From: Phoronis australis
Lineage: Eukaryota > Animalia > Phoronida
Assembly: GCA_002633005.1 (NCBI GenBank)
Contig: NMRA01000342.1
Location: forward strand, 396,056 to 460,055
Length of the DNA stretch: 64,000 bases
Direction of reading: 5' to 3'
A model generated the notes under the pieces. It saw nothing but the letters and a program-made list of their open reading frames with translations, did not search any database and was not told the DNA's origin. Position numbers and translations under genes: made by a program. Of the stretch, positions 50,701 to 62,410 are shown piece after piece. Every line of letters begins with the position of its first letter. Within the stretch, counting starts at the first letter, position 1.

Positions 50701-53700
50701 GAACTTCAACCTAGTCCTACATTTACACACCACCTTTGTAAAAGGCATGTGGACCATTTATCGTCGTCAGTATTGTTTTATCAATAACTAAAAATTCCAT
50801 TATTACTAGCTTTTTGGTTGAAATTTACATTAATTGTAATTCTCCATGATTTCTAACTCACCAGTCAGTTTTTTCAACATTCAATAAGTATTTGATTGTT
50901 AAAAAGAAATCAAGCTCGTACTTTTGACGTAAACAAATGCCGCAAAAGTGAACGAAAACTCCATGTCTAGGTAGTAGCGACTGGGAATCTCCACGTGAGA
51001 ACTGGAACTTGCGTTGAAACACAAGGCGCCGTCCATACGACCCCGGGGTCCTCGACAGTAAGTAACACCAGATAGTAACGCGTCGTTGGCAAACGGTCCA
51101 AGATCGGCTCCCTTGTAGAATCCATTGAGTTTCCAAAACCCTAGTGGATCCGGTGGATCAACTATAAGGAAAGAATATAGGTAACAGTGAAGTCTGATAT
51201 ATTTGTTATAAACATGACTTGCGCAAACGAAACTGTCTTTAAAAAGGCCACTTGCGATCATTAAACTGGTCTCAACTTGCTCTCGCTTTCTCTCGCGAAG
51301 AATAATTCCTGAGGTTTGGGAAAATTGCCAAATCGTTTGATGTTTGAGACCTTGCTTGGTGCATGAAACGAGAAGCCATGACAATCCAGTTTGTTGAGTC
51401 TGGTCTCAAACAGTAATCGTGTGAAACTGTTTGTTTTCCGAAGGCCAAAAATCACCTATGATCAGAGCTAGAAACAAGTCGAGATCAGTCATTTACGGGA
51501 AATGGTCTAAATCAAAAGTTAATCTGTGAGGCCGATTATACAAGGTAAATCTATCCTGCGTTGGAAGTCGCTATGACTAAAATCCGATCTGATACATCTA
51601 TATCGGAAACTGTTAATCTAGAAATAGTAAATGAGGCCGTGGTATACTTTGGAGGAATATCAGTCAGGCATCAGCATTGTGTACCCTGCAAAATATTGAA
51701 TAAGCTACCACAAGTAGATCTTTCAGTGATGGTGGTGATTAAGCAAACTTTGTTTATTTATGAACGTATGGTGGATATGGTTCGTCACTCCATCTGTTAT
51801 CACAAGTGGATGCATTCCATTGGAGATGCACGCTGTAAGTTCTAAATTTTTGGGCTAGTTACAAGTTCAGTAAGCTTGTCTGAGAAATCTCGTAACTAGA
51901 TGGAGACACAAATTTTTAGAATAGGTAAATTAGCAATCATGGTCACTTGGAATTGGAACACAATGAAACGAGATCGAGCGAATTCGTACGAAACTCGTGT
52001 TTAAATTCTGACTGAGAAGTTTCGGTACTTCCCAGAATCGTTTGCCTATCGGACGTACGAAATACTAGATTATCATTAAGTTTCAATATATAAGAAGGTT
52101 CATAGACCAACAAATTTTCACAATAATATCTCCTACACATCGTATTTCTAATTCTCAATAACCAAGCTGACAGTGGCTATTTATATAAAGAAATTTGTTA
52201 GAAAATCACGAAGTCGCAGTTAAAACGAAAGTATAGCAATGGAAGTCGCACGCGTAAACGTAAGATAAGCAATGCAAAAGTTTTAAGAATCTTGGAAAAT
52301 CTTTAAATGTGTCGTGCGCACCCAGTCGTCGATAGTCGCGATCCAGTCCTATTGATGGAGACCAAGGTTGTTTATTTTTAAGGGTTATAACGAAAAAAGT
52401 GAACAGTGAACAATAATTGAAATCAGAAAGTACAAGAAAGCATTCAATTAAGTGAATTGGGTTGACATTTAATTAAGTAAAAACAGGATATGAATGAAAC
52501 TACGCTGACCCGTGACCAAATACAACATGCATGCACCAGGTGAGATTTTTAAAAGGAGTTCCAGGTTTTAACTAACGATCAGATAAACGTACTTATGCTG
52601 CTGCAGCGACTGTTCCACCAAAGTGGAGTATGGCGTCCGCCCACCTCCGGAGATCACCCCCAGAACGCCACTATCGGACTTCTTTTAAGGGTCACGTAAT
52701 ACATCTCTCGAAAATTGCAGTTTTCCCCCACCCCCTCTTGCAACATGTTAGGCCCACCTGTTTGGACTGTCATTTTTATGAATAATAAATAAAGAGATAA
52801 TCTATATTGCTGGTCGAATGGTAAGTAAATAATGAATTGGCCTGCTGGGGTAGTCTCAAATGTAATTAGCACATTGATTTCTTGTTATTTGTGTGTTACT
52901 AAAACAGATCTTTCGATATACGGTATAAAAATTGAGGTAACGGGATCAGTGAACGATCGATTAACGCGGATTCACAGACGTAAATTATCCAAGGTATTGT
53001 TTTTCCCAGTCAATAGTTTATTGATGTTGCGACAAGACTGATCATTCAGGCGTAACCTGGCTTACTTTCCATAAACCACATACGTACTTGCACATGCGTA
53101 TAGTCCTTCAAGTGACGCGTTGTGCTTCCGCTTTAAGTGGCTAAGTCCATGTTTATGGTTCGGTTTTGAATGGTGCTTGTACATGAGTATAGTCCTTTGA
53201 ATAGTGTGGACCAGAAAATAGACAACGTTAAAACTGCAGCTGTACATGTATCTTCACCTTTTGTCAAAAATTATTTGCGCTTTATGAGACTTTTCGCAAT
53301 CTCGCGTCGAATTGGGCCACCAGCAAACGACACATTGCCGACATTTAATATGAAAAATGAGACGCAAAATTTCATAAAAAATGATATCTTTGATTCAGTA
53401 AAATTTATTTGTCATTTTCTTTCACTTGTAAATCATCAATCTCTAGTTTGAATGCGGTTAACGTGTCGTCGGGATCCTTTGACTTGAGCATTGTACTCAG
53501 TAACCAGTGGTAACCTACTTTAGCAGACGATATTTTCACGGTGGAAGTTTAGCATGATAAGATGTGTATTAAGCTAGACTAGTTGCTTAAAACTTTATAG
53601 ATTCACTTTATCACTATTTGGCTTAAATTTTCAATTGGTTTTGATTAAAAACATTATTTTAACAATAATAACTCGGCGTTTCTTGAAAGGTCAAGACCTC

Positions 53701-56700
53701 CGACCCCGCGCTTCTGACATATAAAGTAGTCGAGAAAGGTAGATCGACTCATTGCAATGTTTATCGTTCAGTATGTAGTATAAATAGATTATTGCATGTT
53801 CTCAGTTGTTATCCGCTTCTCTAGATCCCTCGTGGAGTTTGTAGAATTATAATTCTCCAAAATCCACTCGGGCTCGGGTAACGACTTCGCCATGTAATAA
53901 TCTATATTTAAATTACCGCGTCATACATGTTATTTTTGGCTGTGACGTGATCCCGATAATGTTTGACTATTTTGTGCGAATATAGGGAGATTCGCGTCGC
54001 TTTAAACGCATAACCTGTGACCCCCTCTTTAAGTCTGATTTGGTAAGATATCGAAAATATTTTTATTTTGGTATGGTTCTCAATCTTTCTTATTAGTTTC
54101 AAAATAAAATTAACACAATTACTTTGTCTATAAATGTTCTCAAAGTTAAGCTGCAAGAAAGCACTCTTTCCAAAATCCTTATTTTGCCGGGGGTCGCTTG
54201 ATCTTATCGAACTAAAATGGATTTTAACAGATACGATTTTATGTTGTTATATTTTTCATATTTATTTTAAACTCCAAATAAATTTCGCATTCTAAGATTT
54301 GACCATTTTTTGCCGGAAATCGACTTTTTTCACATTCAACATATATTTCTATCTAGCGGATAAATATTGCGATAACTGGACACCCTGGGATTTGTTATTC
54401 AGTTCACGTTTACCTTCGCGTTTGCGTAAAAATATTTCTGCTGCAAAACCCATTTTTGTTACCGTAACGTGAATCGGCACGCGCAGTTAAGTATGCGTCG
54501 TAATTCACGTTCACGTCGCTTTGCCAAACCTCAATAACACAACGTGAGCATTCTGTGCAAAGCGAAACAAATTGCGTGCTCAGTTACAGAGAAAATGCGA
54601 GTCTTTCGGTAACATCATTGCAAGCACAGGTGATTGAGAAGTAAAATTTCGAAGAAGTCCTTACCTACGATAATACAAATGCGAAATATGAATTACATGG
54701 TGCACAGTATAGTAGCATAGAAGTGGCTTTTCTGGCCGACTTTTTAGAAATTTAAATAACAAATACTCTGGTCTCCTATTTATATATAGGTGAAATTATT
54801 TCTCTAATCTTCACGTACATGTAAAAAGACACGCAAATTATGAAAAAATAGGAAGGGCGCAATAAAACATTTGGGCGCAGTTAACTGAGCAGATTTCGAT
54901 TGATAGGATAGTGTTTCTAATGATGCTTTGGAAAATATTACATTAATGGTCAAAAAAGATCAATTGTAGTTTTTTTTACCTCCTATAACAGTAGTAGATC
55001 TATTTTGAAAGGAGTAGAAATTTTATTCAGTCATTATCGCGTGTTCAGTTTGGCAATGTTTATTTCTTTAGGTAACGAGAAAAAAATTCTCCAGTACTTA
55101 CCACTTGGTTCGCAACGATGGCGAAGTTTTTGTATATCTACCTCCGGCAGCGCCATGTCGAACATCCGGACGCACGTGATCTGACCTTTGAAATATCTCG
55201 CATCACTCGCTGTCTCGTCACGCGCGCCTATTCTCGCATGGTACTGTGTCCCAAGTTCGTAAGTGCCCACCGTTTCTTCTAAAACATTGGTTCCCTCGTG
55301 ATACATCTGAAATGAATGTGTATGTAAAAAGAACGAAAGTTATTGAGGTAGGCCAAGTTTGAAGCAAACCCCTACAGTTTGGCCCAGTGGGATGAGCCTT
55401 AGGCGCGCTCCAAAATTTAGACATTTGTGAAACACTAGCGGCAAGAAACCGTGACTTAAGGAATGAAAACAGTTGCTGTTTTACAGTGCGTAACACAATT
55501 CCCTTTATTCACGGTTCCAGCCTCGCCGACAAACACTTGCTTGTATGTCAGAAGTAGACTGACACTAGTTTCAGTTTAATGAGTTCTGCTTTTTTGTTTT
55601 GTTTTGTTAGTCTACCAGCAGATAGCACCAGATTGCCACGACCCATGATGTCAGGACATTGTTGAGGTATATTGTTTACAGTAGAATAGTAGGGAACTTT
55701 CTAGGAGATTCTAGTAATGTAGTCTGGAACTGGAACATTCTAGAGCCTAGTATATGTTTGCGGAATGGCTGAGTAGATTCCAGAAATTTCTGGAAATTAC
55801 TTGAATTGGTGAAAAGCTCTAGAGCATTGTAAGAGACTGTAAATGCTCAAGGACGGGTAAGTGACGGTTAGATAAGTTCAATTGAAGTTGAAAGACAATT
55901 GAAGTTACAGTAGATTTGCAGTGAAGAGAATAGGTTGTTGCAGTGCGCGTCAGTAGAGAGCTAGAAAGCTATTGAATCAACGAGTGTAACGGTTGTTGGA
56001 AGTGTCTCAGACATTGATCACAAGTCAAGGCTTGGGAGCACTGGATGGGCCATATAGTCGGACATTTTGTTTGAGTAGACTTGTGAACGTGAGGTCGAGA
56101 TTGATAAAATGATTAACTCCAGCAAGCCTTTAGTCTATCGTCGCAACGACGGTAACAACTTGCGCCCACCCATCCACGGGAATAAACACGACAATGTGAA
56201 GCGGCACTTTGATGCTGTCTTGCACTAATTGGGATCTTGCGTGATGACGCTAAACTCGTAAGAAACTCGCCATGCAGAAGGCTAAAGTGGTACCCACCCA
56301 GAGACTAACTGGCCGCGATCTATTCTGGCTCATCTCTGGTCAAAGAAATGACGTGGAGTAACTGAGCAGTAAAACTTGTACCACCCAAGGGCATAGATTG
56401 ATGTTCTTCAAAATAAGTTTTTTTTCCTTAAAGTATGTTTTGATGTCCGCTGAGTAAGAGCAACACAATGTATTCTCACTGTCCGTGTATGCTGTGCTGA
56501 TGTTAGTACTCAACATTGGTGCGACACCTACCAGCATAGAATTGTATGCATATAAAACGAACTTCCGTCACGCGCGAACCAGATTGCGCGGCGCACGCGT
56601 AGTAGTGGTTTGCATCCGTTGGTTCCGGTGTTGTTTCTTGCTATGGAATAATATATGTAGGAATAGAGTCGAATTTTTGTTCAGCAAAAACGAAGGAAGT

Positions 56701-59700
56701 TTAGCTAAGAACTGTTTTGATCGAAAATTTCTTTCAAACAATTTTTTGTTTGAAATATTTTTGGTTTAATGGCTCTAAGCGTTGTGAAACGGAGGATTAT
56801 CTGTTTGCAATTCATCGATTCTTTTTTCTACATGCACGAACTCGAGTTTAGCTAAACGAATGCGACGGACCGCTTCACTCGGAGATCTGTATCGTTGTCT
56901 TTATGTGTGTAAAATCCACCTAAAGAGTTACCACTACAACCTTTTTTCACAGGTGTGATTGCTATTGAACCCAGCGAGCATCATTTCACAGAAATGAAGC
57001 GGAAGAATTTCCTTCCATTAACCCAAGCTCTTGACGAAGAAAGTTTCTATCGCGTCAATAATGTTGACTTGGACTACATCAACATCACGCTTGAACTAGA
57101 CAAAAATCATTCGTCGCAAGCTCGTTTCCAGGGATGAAAAGGAGACCAGAGGTTAGCGTAAATAGGCCATTATTACGACTACAACAGTGGTATAAAATAG
57201 TAAAAAAAAAAACAGTGCAGGTGGTCTGATGTCATTTGCGGTGCATCAGACCACCTCATGGTTGGGCCCATTGCACAAAACATCTGAGCAAAAGCACGAG
57301 AGCCAAATTATGGCTCCTCGTGAAGAAAGTTTTCAAGTCTGCCAGTCTCCTTTAGGAAAAGGGACAGTAAAGAGCAGTAAAATATAATTATCTCTGGAAA
57401 AGATGGACAATGACAAACCGACACAAGAGATGTTGAAAACAGCTCATGCACATCCACAATGTATATTTTAGTCAATATTTGGATGAATAGTTCATTCTAA
57501 CTACGTCAGCAACCAACAAAGACAGAAACTTCGAAAGGTTAAACACTGGTTGGTGAGTGACGCTCAGAAGCAATATGGAGACAAAGTTAATATTGTTAAT
57601 AAAATGTAATGAAAGATAACTATAATTTGAAATAACAGATATTGACGTGGGTGAGGTACGTCACCGAAATTGTAGCAACAGATAACAACTGTAAATATCA
57701 ATTTGTATTTATTTCGAAAGTATGTGTTGACTTAGGCCTTTGCGTAACCGGACGTAGTAAAAAAGCGTGGTTTACTGCGCGAGTTGCTCCAGTCTGGCAA
57801 GACGATTCGGGGAGTAATTCTAATATTATATTGGTGCATTCTCACAAGAAACTATTTGGTCTTCTTGCATTGAACTGGCGTAATCTCACCAAACATCCTC
57901 ATTCTACTGAGCTCTACTGTTGAGAGCAAACTCCAGTATTAAAACAAAATGCACACTTTCGTGAAAGGCAAAGTAAACATTGAGAGAAAAGTTTCACTAA
58001 TGGCAATTGTGGTTGTGCGTTAGCAGTAATCGTGCAAATCACTTGAAAACTCCCTTCATACCTTTAAAATCCCGGTATCATAATCGTAAGTAACAGCTAG
58101 GTAGTTCCAGGCATTGACGACTAGTTTTTCCACATTTCTAGATAACACAGAAGCTCCATTTGACCGAGACCAGAATCCTGCATAGAATTTAAGTTGTGAC
58201 GGGTGTTGCCAAATGATGAATCCATACTCATGTCGCTGATCATTTCCCGCGGGAAATTCGAAGTTAAACAAAGGTCCTGAGTTCGATGCACCGACGTACA
58301 CGTGAGCCAGCCACGTGATGGAGTAGCGAACGTCCAACGCGCCATTGTTTGGAATATGGATGTTTGAGTCAAGCTCACCAATTAGCTTGTAACTTCCAGC
58401 TGCTTCACCCTGTAATAGTGTAATTTGTGTTACTGCTGTAATATAGTTCTCAGTTTGAATCATGCGCACGAGTATCAAGGTCATAGACCATGACCAACAT
58501 ACTAATTCACTGCGAGTCACTAGAGAAACCAAGGAGAATTTTCCAACGTGATCAAACCAAAAGGTTAAAAAAGCTTCTGAATCTTGAAAAATTGGGTATA
58601 AGACACGTCATTAAAATTTTGACGAGCCACTGGAACCTTTGCCCGACACAGACACGTTACTGGGCATACATGAATGGGGAGCCCAGTGTGTCCCGAGTGC
58701 GGTACTGACGTTGAAACCCCTAAACACCTAGTGGAGTCTTGCTCAGCTTTTTATAGACTAAGGAGCAACATACTGGATGGCACTGTTACATGGCTACAAC
58801 ATACATGTATAGTTCCTGGCAACAAATGGAAACGTCTGTCCGTTTTCCTAAAGCAGACTGGCAGACTTGAAAACTTCCTTCATGAAGAATCTGTTGATCG
58901 ATAACGGGGCGCTCGTAGGTGTATAGTGTAATGGGCCCAACCATGAGGCCTGCGGACGTCTGATGCACCGCAAAATGACACCATACCACCTTCAATCTTT
59001 TTAGAGTGGTTGGTCACGTAATTATGTGGACGAATGACAGTAACACACATGAATTTCTGAATCAGCTATTTATGCAACCCTGGATAACCAGCAAGAAACC
59101 GTAATAACCAGAACTGGATATCAATTCTTAACAATTTACTAAATTGTTTAAAGTCACTTTTTTAATATTGAACACCAGAAACTCCCAAATACTTTGCCCA
59201 CGGCATGCTGCTGAGATTTTGAGCTAGATTTGGTATATGGGGTACCTGCTAACACTGTTTTAAAATCAACGGTTTTGATACACTGAGCACTGAATGACAA
59301 ACGAGTGAAAAGTTGCTATGTGGAAAGGTCCCATCTGAAATCCGAAACGACCCTTTAAAATTCAGGTAGTTCAAATATTCCATGTGCCACAAAGAAATAC
59401 AATTCCGTATGCTTTAGTTTCAGCTACTTGTCACACTCAAAATGAACAGGCGTGCCACACTAAGCTCGGCATTGTCCAGGACAGAAAATGTTTACACTGG
59501 AAACGGCCTGCCAAAAACCCAAATAGTTCCCCAAAACTGGAGCAGCTTAAACATTCGAAGTACCGCAAAAACCAATTCCTTGTGTTTCGACCACATGCTA
59601 TCAGTTAGTAAATGGCCTATGACACATAACACATACTCTGGGATGGGCTCAACAGAACTCTACAAGAATCGTACCCACGAAATGCTGCTGCGAACGTGAG

Positions 59701-62410
59701 CTAGACTAAACGTTCACTGTACCAGACAGAGCTAGTTTAAAATGAATAATTCTACCGCAGTTAGCATCGAAAAGAACAATTGCCCTCTGGAAAGGGTCCG
59801 CCAAAAAGCCTAAAATAGCCCAATCAATTTCGACCGCTGTCTAATCTAGCTCAACGTTCCAACATCATGCCGTGGGTGAGATGTTTGGGGGTCTGTCGGG
59901 CCGTTCCCAAAGTTATTGCCATATACAAATTAGTGGCATGAAGTGAATCATTTGGAATTGGTTTTGTGCTACCTCGAATGTTTGAGGTAGCTATTTGGGT
60001 TTCTGGCGGGACTGACTTCACACGGTGACATTGGCCTGTTATGTGTCATTCAGTGCACAGCGCTGTGGGATTGATTTGCGACCAGTTTTCGACGGTAACG
60101 GAACTACATGACCTAATTTACATGTTGTTCGTACTTTAAACATCATTCCGTGGATAAGATTTTTGAGGGTTTCTGGTAAGTAATTTGTCTGTTTTATTTT
60201 GTCTGTGACCAGTGGCATATACTGAATCACGCGGAGATGTTTTTGTGTAACCTCAAATAGTTTAGCTGGCTCATTTTAGAGGGAATCATTTTAAGTTTCT
60301 GTCGGGACTTTTCCAGAGTCAAATTTATCTGTCATAGGTCTTGCAGTGTTCAATGAGGCACCATTGTTGATTTTAAGGAAACTTTGGTCGGTGCCTCGAA
60401 CATCTAACAAAGATAAATTTTTGGACCAACTTGAAGGTTCCCTGGAGATACTCATTTTGTGTAAACTGGGGTGAAGGCTAAATGTTCCTATTATCCGATG
60501 CAGGTACCTCCTTCATGTCTGCTAAGAGCTCTGGGTTGGTGATCTATAAGCACTGTAAGTATAGCACAGCAATGCATGTTTTCTCACCATGTAGCCATCT
60601 GCAAGCGACACCTTGGGACCTAACACGCCGTGATTGTTATTACCCGAGACGTCGTTACTTCCATGACGGTCGTTGAACGGCCACCATCCGACCGGATACG
60701 GCAGTTCTGGAACGAGAGATGATAAAACTGGATGAGACAGGGATTTTTTTCGAAAACAACCTCGGTTAACATAACCATGGCGACTACTAGGGTTACGCAA
60801 GTGATATTTCCACATGTGTCTGACTTGCAGTGAAGATGAACGTGTTCCTGAGCCTGGGAAGTGTATACTCTGTGGGACTGTGCGGCGGGGACGTTAAGGA
60901 CTTGGAGTGGATAGAAATTAACAGCTACACTGATGGTCAAAGAAAAGATTTAATGGACAAAACTAAATAATGAATTAGTTCATTCATTGAGGCTAGAAAT
61001 ATGAGTACCTTTATACTCGTGCTCAACTGAGACTTATGATCCCTAATTTTTGCCCTCTGTGATACATCTATATATAGATATCATGATGTAGAGACCAAAA
61101 CTAATTATTGGTCGTTATACAGGCCATATGGTGACCACAATCACGTGACATATAAGAACACAATTAGAACGAAGTACACGTAGTAGGTAAAATTGGTTCA
61201 TCACGTTGAATCCGCGCGTATGCCAAATAGCGCTGAAATGGCTAAAGACGATTATGGTCAAAGGTTTATGGTAGCATTGTCCAATGTAAACCAGTAGCAA
61301 AATCATAACTAATCCATGAATGATGGTAAAGTTATCAGTTATTCAACTCTATAAGACTGAGAGAAGTTTGATTACAGCTGCATTTCACCTGCCCTGATTA
61401 TCTCAACTAAAACACGGAGTAGGCATCAAGTTATTCTCACAAAATCAGTCCTATAGCATCCCTTACCGTGAGAGGATTTCCTTTCTGTCATAAACAAGAT
61501 TGTCGAAGCAGTCAGTGACTCAACAAAAGGCTTTATATTTTATTAGAGTAGGCCAGCCCAAAACTTGCGAATTCAAAAATGGCACACCATGGTACACATT
61601 GCCTATGACTCGAGTTGGTATCGGAAATAAAATCTTATCATGGTAATAATGGAAAATGTCTGGATCAATTAAATCCCCTTTAACATCTTGTGAATGTTAG
61701 TATTGAATTAATTGGATATGTTATCCCAGTTAATAGATTTATACTAAAATGCGTATTACCTTGTGGTATACAGTTGTATTTTATACTTTCCAACTCTGCG
61801 AAGGAGAGTTCTCGGTCATACAGATGTGTGCAGTACAGTCGACCGCCATTAAGTCTTCTAGCATCAGTTCCTAACGCCCCCATACGTGCAGTTCCGTCAG
61901 TTCCACTCGCAACTCTGCCAACAAACTTTTCAAACGTTTTCACTGAGTTTACATACATCCTAAGGATCCCCGACTCATAACTGTAGGTGCTGGCTACGAA
62001 GAACCAGTTGTCATCACTGAAAGACCCCGTTTCTTCGTAATAATGTGAGCCTCCCCCTCCATTAGGATAATATAAAGCAGTAGATAAACAATCTGCCGTC
62101 GGGTACTGCCACACAATGAATCCGTGAGGAGCCGAACCGCTCACCATGTTGAAAAGTGGGGCTTGGGTAACGCCGCCTGTTGGGTAGAACCATGCTGCGT
62201 AAGAGACGGAATACTTAACGTCCAGCTTTCCGTTGTTCGGAATTTCAACATAGGAGTTCTCTGTTCCAGCAAACTTCACTGCTCCTTGCACTTGCCCCTG
62301 CGGTCCGGTGTCATACGCAACATTACTGAACGTAGCGTGATTTCCGTTTCCGCTGAGGTCTTTTCCTCCATAGGTGGAATCCAGTACCCATAATCCAACT
62401 GGACGGCGAC
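39823..62410 (-). CDS. Multidomain lectin-like protein LamG-LamG-LamG-F5/8 type C-LamG-PAN/apple, 5' incomplete; complement join(62410..61760,60706..60588,58409..58062,55306..55102,51161..50922,49699..49500,48373..48178,47144..46966,44808..44673,44049..43882,41392..40712,40106..39823)
   Basis: 12 exons totalling 3,407 nt; all introns GT..AG with compatible phases and an open spliced frame to TAG at 39823. The LamG/ConA-like pattern PVG.W...D.SGN.NH..S.VEIPN.G.LDV.YS..W..TYDY..G..RIGAR..D.R.FKG.I.C..LYD.AL occurs four times. Confidence 0.9.
40712..41392 (-). CDS. Exon: complete LamG domain 4 (681 nt, phase 1-1)
   Basis: LPRPVALWPM..YVEIPNVGGNIDVRYSFTW..WQHVSITYDY..VRIGRR..YFKGKISCVQLYDIAL; CTTTGCAG| and G|GTGAGT. 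Confidence 0.93.
41721..41907. repeat. (CA)n plus (CACACACAAA)n microsatellite
   Basis: Direct reading. Confidence 0.95.
41979..43679 (+). mobile_element. Full-length decayed Tc1/mariner transposon in an intron
   Basis: TA|TGAACTGCTAAAAAATAACGCCCCCTTCA ... TGAAGGAGGTGTTAGTTTTTGAGTAGTTCA|TA (imperfect TIRs, TA TSD); transposase motifs WRTVMFSDESRF, GSVMVWGGIS, LQDYNARLH, WPAGSPDLNPIE; frameshifted. Confidence 0.93.
43882..44049 (-). CDS. Exon: F5/8 type C (discoidin) domain, C-terminal third
   Basis: FTGNYDQDTVIKHQLKRPFYARYVRVFPMTWFGHQSMRWELY; phase 1-1. Confidence 0.93.
44673..44808 (-). CDS. Exon: F5/8 type C domain, middle
   Basis: VDLGKVYYILAIATQGRNSKYHNQYVMSYRLQYG (absent from the ORF track); phase 0-1. 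Confidence 0.92.
44975..45484. mobile_element. Kolobok-like MITE (related copies at about 15390-15935 and 38375-38978)
   Basis: TTAA|GGCTAATGTAGGACC ... GGTCCTACATAACC|TTGA; internal blocks ATGATTTT(C/T)GTG shared by all three copies and TCGGAACATCA shared with the 15.4-kb copy. Confidence 0.65.
46966..47144 (-). CDS. Exon: F5/8 type C domain, N-terminal third
   Basis: HGPERSRLH..GAWSAK..CWIQ; CAG|GTAGGT; phase 1-0. Confidence 0.9.
48178..48373 (-). CDS. Exon: LamG domain 3, C-terminal part
   Basis: IWVDAK..VRVGARQNDTRLFRGRLSCLQLYNVALSQSQI; phase 0-1. Confidence 0.92.
49500..49699 (-). CDS. Exon: LamG domain 3, middle
   Basis: SGPVLSYAGLQI..NKWNYLAVTYDYSLGEYK|GTAAGA; phase 1-0. Confidence 0.9.
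50141..50293. mobile_element. MITE family A, copy 3
   Basis: Near-identical to 7962-8120. Confidence 0.8.
50922..51161 (-). CDS. Exon: LamG domain 3, N-terminal part
   Basis: PDPLGFWKLN..GPRGRMDGALCF..SHVEIP..LDMEFSFTFAAFVY; phase 1-1. Confidence 0.9.
55102..55306 (-). CDS. Exon: LamG domain 2, C-terminal part
   Basis: MYHEG..ARIGARD..DARYFKGQITCVRMFDMAL; TTTCAG| and G|GTAAGT; phase 0-1. Confidence 0.92.
55649..56193 (+). mobile_element. Probable solo LTR in an intron
   Basis: TGTC...GACA termini, clustered TTCTAG/TTCCAGAA motifs, TATAT box at about 55750, AATAAA just inside the 3' end; flanks ATGA/ATGT (imperfect TSD). Confidence 0.55.
58062..58409 (-). CDS. Exon: LamG domain 2, middle
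   Basis: SNIHIPNNGALDVRYSITWLAHVY..SGPLFNF..NAWNYLAVTYDYDTGILK|GTATGA; 348 nt, phase 0-0. Confidence 0.93.
58450..58992 (+). mobile_element. 3' end of an I/Loa-group LINE (CCHC zinc knuckle plus 3' UTR stem-loop)
   Basis: ILTSHWNL..SPVCPECGTDVETPKHLVESCSAFYRLR..FLKQTGRL, then the tail GTGTAATGGGCCCAACCATGAGGCCTGCGGACGTCTG. Confidence 0.8.
60588..60706 (-). CDS. Exon: LamG domain 2, N-terminal part
   Basis: ELPYPVGWWPFNDRHGSNDVSGNNNHGVLGPKVSLADGYM|GTGAGA; phase 1-0. Confidence 0.9.
61760..62410 (-). CDS. Exon: complete LamG domain 1 (651 nt, phase 1-1)
   Basis: RRPVGLWVLD..KDLSGNGNHA..SYVEIPNNGKLDVKYSVS..WFFVASTYSY..ARMGA..LYDREL; TTCCTTAG| and G|GTAATA. Confidence 0.93.

Noticed and set aside
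52590-52700. Minus-strand SPIVAFWG resembling the LamG start motif
   Set aside because: Followed immediately by a stop codon with no further LamG motifs; the flanking exons join without it.
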